A DNA stretch of 64,000 nucleotides from Marsupella aquatica (taxonomy: Eukaryota; Plantae; Marchantiophyta). The DNA is taken from the NCBI GenBank assembly GCA_973895155.1, contig OZ316894.1, forward strand, positions 12,812,828 to 12,876,827. The letters run 5' to 3'. This document shows positions 26,251-37,442 of this stretch, piece after piece. A program made the translations under genes and the position numbers. The notes under the pieces were generated by a model. The model worked only from the letters and a program-made list of their open reading frames with translations. It made no database searches and was not told the DNA's origin. Each line of letters begins with the position of its first letter. Positions within the stretch are counted from its first letter, which is position 1.

Positions 26251-27570
26251 ATGGCCACAACAGCCCACCTGAAATCCATTCTTCAACCCTACTTCTCTCC
26301 CGTCCACCTTGCCAGTCTCGACACCATCCTTGAACCCCTCATCAAATCCCAATTGGTAATGCGATTCTTCCAAATTCACCGAAAGACTAAAAAATGTGTC
26401 CCTCCGGTGGTGCTCATTCTAAGATCTAAGTGCCTAAGGTAAAGTTGGCTAGAAAGACAGCGACAAACGGGTGGTGGTTACCTGCATAGCTGCCTCAGTT
26501 CCGGTTGTAAGAGAAGCTGCTCAAGCAGAGGTCGCTGACTACTGTTGAACTTGCAAAGTATTAACAGTAGCTTATGACGCATGCTTGTTGATAGTGCAAC
26601 AGAAGGCAAGCAAGAAAGCTATCGAACCACCACAATTGCAATCTAAGCAAGTAGATCACAACAATATGATTGCTTCTTTCTATTTTAGTTTGAAGTTTGG
26701 AAGGGTTCCAATTTCTCCCTTTATGTGAATCTCACAACTTGGACGGCGAGGTCATGAGGCCCATAGTGAACTTAAGAGATCTCTTAATACAACACACTCT
26801 CCGTTGATTTTATACACAATTAACCTAGATAAACATTTGCACTCAGATTTCATACGTAGAGCTTTCAAACTACATTAATAAATCCTTGTCCCCGCAAACC
26901 TTAGTTTGGCCGAATTTCTTCGCCAGTTGCATAAATTGAAGAAATGCTCTAGAAGTGCTTCATCCACATTCTGGGTGCCAGTCTTAGGAAAATTACTATG
27001 TGAAACGACACTGAAAACAAATTTGCCTCACCGGGGACAAAGCGCCATACAATCGATACCTTGAATGTTACAACTCTGCAAGATTACGGTCATCCCTAGG
27101 AACAAGTAACGCTAAAGGCACCATATAGTGACGTTGAGTCTGTTTGAGGAGCTTCAACCGATGGCATTTCCGGCCAATTGACGTTCAAGCAAGAAAACTT
27201 GCGAGGCCTCCAAAGAACTTCACGGGTGAAATGTTTGTTACCGGATTAGCTAGAAGATGAGTAATCTCCTGAGAGAACTAGAAGCTGAAGCAGCCAAACT
27301 TCAAGCCCTTCTTCCAACCGTCAAATTTCAGCTCAGGCATTGGAGAGCAAAACAGCTTCAGATGTTGGCAGAACTCTCCAGCGTCAACCCTACTGCTTTC
27401 ATGAACATACACCTCAACCATTGTGAGTGTGGGCATCGCCTTTATCAATGCTCAAAGCAGACCTAAACTTGTGTCCAAGTCACTATAACGTGGAGAATGA
27501 GCCGCTTGAGGGTCGGCCACTTTGGTAAAACCAGATATCCGTTCGAATCTCTTTTGGTCATATTGTATAA
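26251..27570 (+). pseudogene. Decayed ORF of unknown family, ~440 codons
   Basis: After one frameshift near 26385, a single frame runs through ORF 27257-27466 with about 14 scattered stops (e.g. DKRVVVTCIAASVPVVREAAQAEVADYC...NLDKHLHSDFIRRAFKLH...MSNLLRELEAEAAKLQALL...HCECGHRLYQC). No family recognised. Confidence 0.45.
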
Positions 27571-30289
27571 CACATTTATCTATATCAATAACTATCTAAT
27601 TTTTAACACATAATTTATTTATATCAATAACTATCTCATTCAATTCAAAACAGATGGGGGTCCACGAACTAATTCTTTTGGTTCATGATGTTATTTTTAT
27701 GCCACTGAGGTATGTAAGCATCCTAAGATGCTTAGAGATTTTTAGCCATAATGATGTCATCTCAAGCTGGTTTGGGCTGAGATTTTTTATGTTGCTACCT
27801 AGCTTTGGGGAAAAAACCAAATTTTGAAACTTTCTGATGACCCTCATCAAACCAATAAGGTGACAGAGATTGAATGAAATGGAACAAGAAAAGTGAGATG
27901 GGATTGGGGACAAAAAGACAAGAACCGGTGGGAGTTTGGGTGGGCAAGAGGGGCGCGGGGGGGGGGGGAATTTGGGGTTGCAAGTTATGAGTTTAATAAA
28001 CATCATATATAAAGTCTCTCATTCAACCGCTAACAATGGCCCAACACAAAATTGTGATCAACGCCATTATTTTTAGATCAAGCTGTCAAGCTAATTTTTG
28101 AGCTTGATTGTAGCTCATTTGCTGGTTGTTGGAAATGTTTGCCTTGGAGTGCCACCTGATGACAGTGAGGCCTGTATAATAAAGTAGAAAGGAAGTCTAC
28201 TCAGTTTACATCCATGGTGAGACAAAGGGTGGTGCTCGAGCCAGGGTAGAAAATGTGCTGGGGATTACTTTACTTACAAGCATAAAAGCAAGGTCCACAA
28301 ACTTGATTTTGAATCCTTACGCCCATGTCAGCAAGATTAATTGAGATAGAGCCTATCTGAGATGCCAAACTTATACCCACGAGGGTTTAGGGTAGGATGA
28401 CGGTTTAATATCTGAAGAAATTGTGCACGTCATTTGGGATGAGATATTCCTAGCAGTCTTGACTATAAATATTTGCCAAGTCTAGAACACTGAATTGCTA
28501 GTTTTGTCAAAATTGGATCAATAATGGGATCTGGGTTTCAAAATTCTTTCTCAAAATTCAATGGGATCCGCTTTTCTTAGGTTTGTTAGTTACCGCTTAG
28601 TAGCATTTTTCCACTTAGCCAGTGGAGAGCTATATGGAGTCTGATGTGGAGTTTGGAGAGGGAAAATAAAAGATGATGGGAGTGTCTAGAAGAGCCATTG
28701 CAGCTCCTTTCTTCTAGTGGACTGAAGTTTGAAGGTTCTAGTGGAGAGTTTTGTGGATGAGTCACTTTTTTGGTGAGAAATGGAAGGAAGTCAAGTCAAT
28801 GTGGAGAGATTAGACTTTTGACAGCTTTTGTGATGGTCTTCTTGATGTGAGAATTGAGAAGTGTAGAGAAGTTTTCTTAGGCTGAAAATTATATAGGGAG
28901 CACCGTGTCGGCAAGAGCTTCAAGGCTAGACCCAGGAACGTGGATTTAAAGATGAAAAGTTGGATCTTAATGAGGAAGGTCAACACCTTATGAAGGGCGG
29001 TCTTGTGTTGAAAGGTGATAGGAAGGTAGCATGATCTAGAGATACACAACAAGACGTGGCAATAATGATTATGACATTCTAGGAGAAAGTTATGCCAGTT
29101 TCTGTTTTGGACACTAAAGTGAATGAACAAGTTTTAAGGATGGAGTTTTGGAAGAAAGAAAGCAAGTGGATGGGAAGGTGTGTGGGGCAAAGGCTACACA
29201 AGGATATCCAGAGGTCTCAATTTTAAAATTGGGAAGAGTGTTTTTGAGAATAAATTGTGATTTTATGGAATTTACATCAAATTTTGATTATGATTTTGAG
29301 ATATCAATTGATTGAGCTATGCAACATTTTTGTTTTGTGTATTTATATTTGAGTTCTTGTGTTATCTTGGCCCTACATGAATTCTTTCAATGATCTGATG
29401 ATTATCACTTCTCCCATTTGAGATGATTTAGTCTCACGACTTGTAACTCCACAAAATCTCTTTCAGAGTGGATACTTATCATTGTGAGTCATTCAAAATA
29501 TTTGTTAACTATTATTATTCATATAATCATTAATTGCGACTAATATCTAAACTATCATCACTTGTGTATGACTCCTTGATTCAATATGAATGATCAGGGG
29601 AGTAATTAATTACCCGTTGTAATTACTAGTCGTTAAGTAAAACTAAGAGGTTCATTACTTATGACTCTTGAAGTCAATCTCTACTACTTAATTATGACTA
29701 ATTGAGTCTAGGTGGAAGTGCACAATGTAATTATTAATGACTCCCACAGGAGTCATTCAAATGACTTATCAAGTGGCAAGACAAATGACTTGAGTCTTAG
29801 ACTTGACTCAAGTGAAATGAAGTCATACCCTAGTCCTAAGTGTGGTCATTTTGGGGGTTCTTTTCTACTAGTGGATTAAGAGACCTACAAATTCCCAGAG
29901 ATCACGGTCTTGTTTTCTTGTCACGTTTCATCGCTGCAATATGTACTATATGAGAAAAAAGTCCTTTGCTGCAGTCCATCTGGGTTGCAAAAGTCTATCC
30001 AAGTATTTTGGCAAACATGGAGTTTGTCTTGGCTTCAATATCTAATAATTAACACACTCCAACAAGGCATGTAACATTTAGGAGATGTGCCAGCAATTTT
30101 GACATCTGTATTTAAATGACATTCAAAATTATAAGTTTTAGTTTAATTGTTAGGAAGGTAATGAAATATTGATATGGAAGCAAAGTATAGCTTTATTATA
30201 TCGAGCCATAATTTTCTTCATGCGAAAGAATACAAATACTTATATCATATTATATTAACTTAGAATAGACAAAATTAAGGGTGCCCAAA

Positions 30290-31170
30290 GGGAGACATGA
30301 TCCCAAAGGCAAAAGATCCAATCAAGGGAAGGTAAACCAAATAGCTAAAAGGCCAGAGCAACCAAGCAAGGAGAGCACAACTTAAACAACCAAGACAAAA
30401 AGACCTAAAGCCCTTTTGTTTGGAAAACTGAAGAGCCTCGATAGAGCTCCGAGGTTAACTGCATCAGAGGACTTGTCTAGACACCCTAGAAGTAACGGCC
30501 TCGCCCATATAGAGGATAGTGAATGGCTGAGCCCTCTGAAATGCCGCAGATACCCATTGACAAAGGAAGGCCATGATGACAGACACGAAGGGGTATGGCC
30601 TCTGCTCAACATAATGGCCCGCACAAGATCATAGGAAATGGTCAACGGCGGGTGAAGAGCCCCAAGAACCTCCATAACAAACTGGTAGAACAGGTCACAT
30701 GGGTAACGGACAGCATATTAAGTCTCCTCCTTCAGGCGCACATGCCTTGCGGCAGCCATGCCCAGGCACATGAGCCGCCGTTGCAACGTTGGCTCCTCTG
30801 GCAGGGTCAGCAACAACCAAAACCCCCAAGCGACCAAACCCCAGTACAAGAGCAAGACAAGGTCGGGAGGATGCAATTCAGGAACCCCATCCAAGGGAGG
30901 CAATACATGTCGCTGCTTCATTGAGACATGGTACCCTGAGTCCCAACCATGAGTCCCAACCATGGTTGCCACCATCTCACTGCCATGATCACACCTAAGG
31001 ATGTGAATGCTCTTTGTGTCCAAGGACCCCCACATACGCATGTGGGGTGGCCTATAGGGCAGGATGGGAAGACAAAGACTCATGACATGAACCTAGTGAA
31101 GATAAACGAGCTCATAAAAAAAGGGGACCCAATGAATACTAACTCAAATCCAAGCCCTTACCCTACGCCC
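30290..31170 (-). mobile_element. 3' fragment of a CRE-like (RLE-type) non-LTR retrotransposon
   Basis: Translations LDTKSIHILRCDHGSE...GYHVSMKQRHVLP...PDLV...EVLGALHP match the zinc-knuckle and restriction-like endonuclease region of the copy at ~46900-47500. Frameshifted; boundaries approximate. Confidence 0.75.
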
Positions 31171-32807
31171 GAAGCGTATTTCTGCAAAACCAAGAATCAC
31201 ACACAAGGGACCCAAAGAGTACTACGGTAGCCGAAAGCCCAAAGCGTATTTCTGCTTTTAACTACATTGCCACTAAAGTTGTCCAAAATTACAATACTGC
31301 CACACTTTTTTTCGTATTTGTAAAAATGCCACGGTTTTGGTATGTGGTTACCTTGGTGAACTCGATTGCCATGTGTTTCTTCCTGATTCGCTACAATTTC
31401 TGTCCAGACTGCATAGGGTTAGAACTTCCATCACGGTAGAGTAGGTGGTCAGTTATGTGCGTGTTGGTATTGTTTCCGTCAGTCTCCTGCGCGGGGAGAC
31501 ATTTTTGAATCAAGGATGCCATGGACAACGTGACGACTTCAGTTTTCGGTGTGGAACCGGGTGTGGAACAAATTGACAAAGATTGCAGACATTGTGGCAA
31601 CTGCATGGAATGTCATTGAACGCTGAATTTTTTGAGAGAGAACACGAACACGAGAGAATTGAAGGGACGAAGCGGTGCAAAGCAACATTGCTTACACTTG
31701 TGCGAAGGCACAGCAATCGCCCTGTAAGCCGTTCTCCGCAGCTGCAGCTCAATATTTGAATCGAAGCTCTTCAGGAGTCACAAAATCAGCATTGAACACC
31801 AGAACAAAGCAGCGTACAATAGCATTTTCTGTTCGTGCTGTATCCAGGTATAACCATTTCCTGACATTGAGTCGGCGTTCTGTGAGCGCAATGCCTAATA
31901 TTGTTGCCAATTTTCTGTTGCTGCACTGGATTTGTTTCGTGTGGAGTTCTCAATGTAATGTATGGTACAAGAAATTGCAATGTGGGCATTGATCGCTTGA
32001 ATCTATTTCTCTGTTCTTTCCGTTATGTGTCAAGTGGATTTCTTCATCAACATTAATAGTAGGCCAATTTCAGTAAAGGCAGATCGAGCCGACAATTGAA
32101 GAATAGTGGACACTAGGCATAAGGAATGAACAAATCGCGTTGAGCTATGTAGTGCTTCGAACTAGTCCTTTCCTTACTTGTGCCCCGTACATTGCCAATC
32201 GCTACTGCCAACAATCAAGTCTACATCTGCCAATTTCTATGAGGCACCTTTCTACAGGAAAACAAATGAAGTTAACTGGTGCACACTAATGATCATATAT
32301 GTTCACAAATTTCACCATGCACCATTCAGAAACTTGCTGAGTGATGTACGAGTGGAGGTTCTGTGAAAATTTCCAGAAATCCAAATATTGGTCTGAAATC
32401 CAACAAAATATTTGATTTCCTGAGGGAGAGTGTATACATGTGCCTGTAATCTATTCTAGATTGGGAAAGAGTGTGTGTATATATATGTTTGTATTCTATT
32501 GTGGATCCTTCTTGTGAAGTTCTATTTATGTATGTATGTGAAGTTCATGCGAAGTTCTATTATAAATGTTTCCTAAGAAGTTCTATTTATTTTTTGTATA
32601 TATGGAGCATCATGTGTAGTTCTATTTAATTTGTATGTTTCTTGTGAACTTCTATGTATTTTTGTATTGAGCATGTGCATTTGTACTCTACATCTTTCCT
32701 GTGAAGTTCTATTTTGGATCCAAGTCCTATTCTGGATCTTTCGTCTAATTGTTTGTCTGTGAGATTCAAATCATACTTGTCTTTGCTTTTGTGCATGCAG
32801 ACTACCT

Positions 32808-34882
32808 TTGGCGGAAAGTGGAGCTATGGTTCAGGGTGCTTTGAGGAAGGGTGACATTTTTCAGACTTGGCAAGATGTCAGGCGGGCAATTGTCAAACAT
32901 GGAGTGTCAACAGAACGGGTCATTACAACATACAAGAAGGATAGTCTACGCTTTCTTGGGAAGTGCAAAATGTGGTGGCACGAAAACCCAGTCCAAAAAT
33001 ATCTCTGGTCAATTAGAGTGATTATGAGCTCCAAGACTGAAACTATTACTATCACACAGTTGAATGATCACCATAGTTGTTGTGCTGTAGACCATTACAC
33101 TAGACGCATGCACAATTCCTCAGATTTCTTGGCTACCTTGATCTTTGATATCCTCATAAAAAATCGACAAACTCGAGCTTGTTCTTTGAGAGACACTGCT
33201 CAGGCTATGTTGCATCCAGATGTTAGGTATCACACAACACATATTGCCAAAAAGTGTGCACTTGTGCGACTGGATGGTGATGAGAAGGATTCCTTCCACC
33301 TCATTCCTAGTCATTGCCACCACATTATGCAAAGAGACCCTGGTGCTGTGGCAAAGTATGCAGCACCTGGTGGATCCTTTGAGACTTTGTTTGTGTGCCC
33401 TTCAGCTTCTCGAAAGGCTTATGCACATTGCAGACCCCTCATTGCCTTAGATGGCACACACACAAAGTCAGCTTACCCTCAAATGTTATTGGTGGCCACT
33501 GTATTAGATGCCAATAACTCTGTTCTCATCTTGTCTTATTGCATGGCTCCATCTGAGAATGAGCAATACTGGTTGAGATTTTTGAACCTATTGCATGATG
33601 CAATTCTGGAGTTGTCTGTTGTTGGTACTGTTTTCATTTCAGACAGAGAGAAGGGGCTTCAGAATGCTGTGGATGAGGTTTTCCCAATGACATTCCATGC
33701 ATTTTGCACATGGCACTTGGGGAAGAATCTACAAGCCCATTCCAACAAGGCAACAAGGAAAGCATTTGATGGGCTAGGGTATGCTGCCAATGAAGATCAG
33801 TTCTTGAGGAGGTTAGATTGTATTGAAGACAATTTTCCAACAGCACATGAGCACATTGTGCACACGGCTGATCCTGCTCATTACTCTAGAGCATTCATGC
33901 CCTATCCTAGGTACATATGATATTGTATAAGTTGGATTTTTTTACCTTCGTCTCAATTTCCTGTGGTGATTCAACTGCTGCCCAATAATTGAAGATCATT
34001 TGTTCTTTGTGACTGTTAGGTGGGGTCATGAGACGTCTCAACAGGCAGAAAGTACCAATCGAGCATTGAAGGCGGAACGCCAGGAAGTGGCATTCAAGCA
34101 ATCTAACCTTATATGGGACTACATGATGAAGCAATACTATCAGAAGAGGGAGCTTGCAGAATCCCTCAATACACCATATCCCCCTAATATCATGGCTGTA
34201 TTGAGGGACCGACATGAGGAAGCATTCCAGCTTGTTGCAGATCCGTCAAGCCCTACTGAGGTCAGACTCTGAGGGCAGACATTTCCTAGTGACTTTTGAG
34301 CCACTTAAGCAATGTTCCTGTGGCGATTGGCAAGATGTGGGTATTCCTTGTAGTCATGCTTGAAGAGCCATTACAAGGCTACACCTCCGACATCATGATT
34401 TTGTGTCACCATTTTATTCCACAGAATCATTCAGGCACACATATAGTGCTAGCATTCCGGCTATTTTGAAGGATGACCTACAACGTGATGCCTGGTGCAG
34501 GCCACCTTTGAAGAGAAGGAAGCGTGGACGTCCAACTGAGAAACCAAGGCTTAGGTTCCCAGAGGAGGATGGAGTCCGCTTGCCAAGGACATGTGGATTT
34601 TGCAAGCAGCGGGGCCATGACAAACGAACCTGTCAGCTTTGGCTAGATTCACTTGGAGGTGGGCACAACAAGGAAGTAGACGATAATGAACCCCAGGAAT
34701 TGCACAACACAGATGAGTCGCATGATGAACAAGACAATGACATTATAGATATACAACAGTCTGCTCCTTTTATGGAAGAATGGAATGTCGATTCAGTCTC
34801 ATCCTTATCATGTCCCTTTGAAATGGGATCCTTCAGAGCCCTTCTTGCTAGTTGTTCCCATGGACACAATATAGAGGCTTAG
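32808..34882 (+). pseudogene. MuDRA-like MULE transposase (DDE + SWIM + CCHC knuckle), disrupted
   Basis: IALDGTH, FISDREKGL and HAFCTWH; GT-AG intron 33911-34019, then RWGHETSQQAESTN; SWIM CSCGDWQDVGIPCSH near 34313-34357; CGFCKQRGHDKRTC. TGA at 34270, a frameshift near 34285 and a second TGA just after the SWIM motif. Confidence 0.92.
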
Positions 34883-35489
34883 AGTCCATCTTTTTCAGAC
34901 ACCCTTCTTACCAGTTTAGGACTTAGTTTGCAGGCTTAGCGTCGAGAGTTTTGCCAGGGTACTGCCAGAGTTACCTAGACTGATGTATCACAAGAGAGTT
35001 TACAAATGTGGAATAAAAGAGTTTTTTTATTCAAGTACAAAATCATCCAAATAAATTGTGTCTCAAAACTGAACATTGAATTTAATTGAATCAGTTGAAT
35101 TAAATCCATTGATCGAATCCATTGAATTGAATCCATTGAATGCAGAGTCTGTACAAGTAAACACTATCCATTCAGATAAAACCAAGCAACATTTATGCAT
35201 AACATAGTAAGGGCTTCTATATTCCAGCTGCATGGAATCAAACCATAATTCAGATCCAAAACAAGCTTCACTCAAGATCCAAAACAAGCATGTTGGAAGC
35301 AATGTAGTCACACAGAAAAAGATGTTGTCGATGCCAGTGTACCATTGATGTATATTATGCAATATCAAAATACAATGCCTGAAGCTTCAATGAAGCACAA
35401 AATACAAAATTGGCTATTGCAAACTTTAGCCACATTGCCACCGGGATTGCCACCGGGATTGCCACTATGATTCTTGTAAAGGCAATAAA

Positions 35490-36850
35490 CTATTTGTGAT
35501 ACACCTTTGAGCTCCCAGGCTGGTCATGGAAATAGTAGACACCAAGTAGATTGGAGGTTGTCGATCTCCAATCTTCAAGATCACAAGGCACCCACTTGTG
35601 GGTACCATAGAGGACAAAGCCACTTTTGCCATTGAGCGTCTCCAAGTAGAACAACTCATGCACCAAGAGACAGTCAATCTCCTCTCGAAAGCAATAGCAT
35701 AGATCTCCGTCTCTGAATTTCTTCCCTTCTGTGAATATATCAGCTGGATTTCCAATCTGAATCTTCTGCTGCTCACCCAACTTACAGTTGTCAAATCGGA
35801 AGACATATGTTCTGCCAATGTTATCACTGTCTTCCACAGACCAAAACTCAAATTGAGTTAATCGAATCCAAGCCTTCTTCATGTCCATCCGAGTGGATGC
35901 TGTAAGCTTCCACTTCCACTTGGGATTGGTTAGGAAGGAATGGTACTCTTCAATATAGTCCTTCATTGCTTCTGAAGTGAAACAGCATGACTCAATGTCA
36001 TCTGTTACTGGAAACCTACAAAACAAGCAACCACACAAATTTAGACATGAACAAAACAGCAAAATGCAGGTGATAGTAAGCTTCTGAATTGTCACATGAA
36101 ATATGTGCTAAAGAGGTGAGTGGACATATACCTATCCCATTGGGGCCTGAATGCAGGTTCCACCCGCTTCCGCAAAGACTCCACCATTTCCTTTGCTGGA
36201 TCAAAGGCTTTCACTTTACCAATCTTGCCCCATCGGGTAGAGGATCCGTCCGTCATTTTGATCTTTTACAAGCAAACAATGAATCCAAAAAAATTAGCTT
36301 GTGTGAGAGAAATTGCTTGCCGGAGAGACAAAATAAGGGGACTATGGGAAGAGTGGACTCTGATTCTTCCCAACATCACATTCATCTACGCCTCATTGAC
36401 TAGTATCATTCACTATTTAATTGGCGCCGTGGGACACAGGAATACAGCAACAAGAAGTAACCAAAACACTGAAAACAAACTCTGTTTCTTCAACATCGGT
36501 AGCTAGTGGTCACGACAATGTGGACAGTGCCGAAAGCTCCATCATTACCCAAAGCACAAGCGGGAACACAAGTGATCGATCATCAGGAATACCTCTTTAG
36601 CTGCCGTATCCAATGCTGGCAATGAAGGGACGACTTCAACGGGGGTCAGGTTGTCTATGCTAGCTGCCGCTGAAGATGCGACTTCAGCTCCTGCACCCAC
36701 TTCGATGCTCACGCATCCACTTTGACCTTGGACACACACTTCGGGCTTCGACTTCCACTCGCCAAACGCCACTCAACCACGAAGTCCCCCCAACACTGTT
36801 TTCAGAATGGAGACTTTTGTCGACAGCCGACTCGGAGAACTTGAGCGCAT
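35490..36850 (-). CDS. MULE accessory (second) gene, unknown protein with a BAH-like C-terminal motif; possibly a pseudogene
   Basis: Phase-consistent GT-AG model: exons 36850-36593, 36262-36132 and 36015-35490 (304 codons, one internal TGA at 36773-36775). From the ATG at 36256 the last two exons give an uninterrupted 216-aa protein containing EGKKFRDGDLCYCF...LLVHELF...NGKSGFVLYGTHKW. Confidence 0.55.
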
Positions 36851-37442
36851 GGGTTAGGGTGTGTAGACACTTCCAAGTGATGGATAGCGAGAGGGACAGA
36901 GTCGACGGAATGTCCCATACTGGACAGAACCTAACCCATGGTTAAGCTTGTCTGTTGTACTGTATGTGCACAGTGAAACCGTGGCAGTTTTACAAATACG
37001 AAAAAAAGTGTGGCAGTATTGCAATTTTGGACAACTTTAGTGGCATTGTAGTTAAAATGTTTCTGCAAAACCAAGAATCACACACAAGGGACCCAACGAG
37101 GACTACGGTAGCCGAAAGCCAGGCCCCCTAACCCACGCCCAAAGCGGATTTCACCGTACCATCCTGGTGCGTTTTGAGGACACGCGATGGTCTCCTCATC
37201 CAGAGCTACCCACACGATGGTCTAGGGACTCAACTCTGCTCAACTTCGGTTCCTCTTCCTCCGATTGTTCAGTCAGCGCCCAGTCAGCAAGAAAATTGAA
37301 ATTGCCGAAAACTGGACCGAGGAAGAATACAATAATTCTGTGAAACGAGCGAGATAGTCATGACACAGATCACTGTGGCCGCTGGAGCTGGACTAGACAT
37401 GGCGCTGTCAGTATCTCCTGGGAGAATGAATTGGGTTGCACT

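Larger units (their letters stand above)
31256..37057. mobile_element. Full-length Mutator-like element (MULE) with two convergent genes
   Basis: ~83-bp TIRs (TTTTAACTACATTGCCACTAAAGTTGTCCAAAATT...TGCCACGGTTT at 31256; reverse complement ending at 37057; ~3 mismatches). 9-bp TSD TATTTCTGC (31247-31255) / TGTTTCTGC (37058-37066). An uninterrupted copy of the target is present at 31171-31240. Confidence 0.95.

Noticed and set aside
24480-29900. LTR-like degenerate sequence around the unknown ORF
   Set aside because: No paired LTR, PBS or coding motif could be confirmed.
31370-32000. Possible upstream exon or third gene in the MULE
   Set aside because: All frames have stops, and no consistent splice model to the acceptor at 32800 was found.
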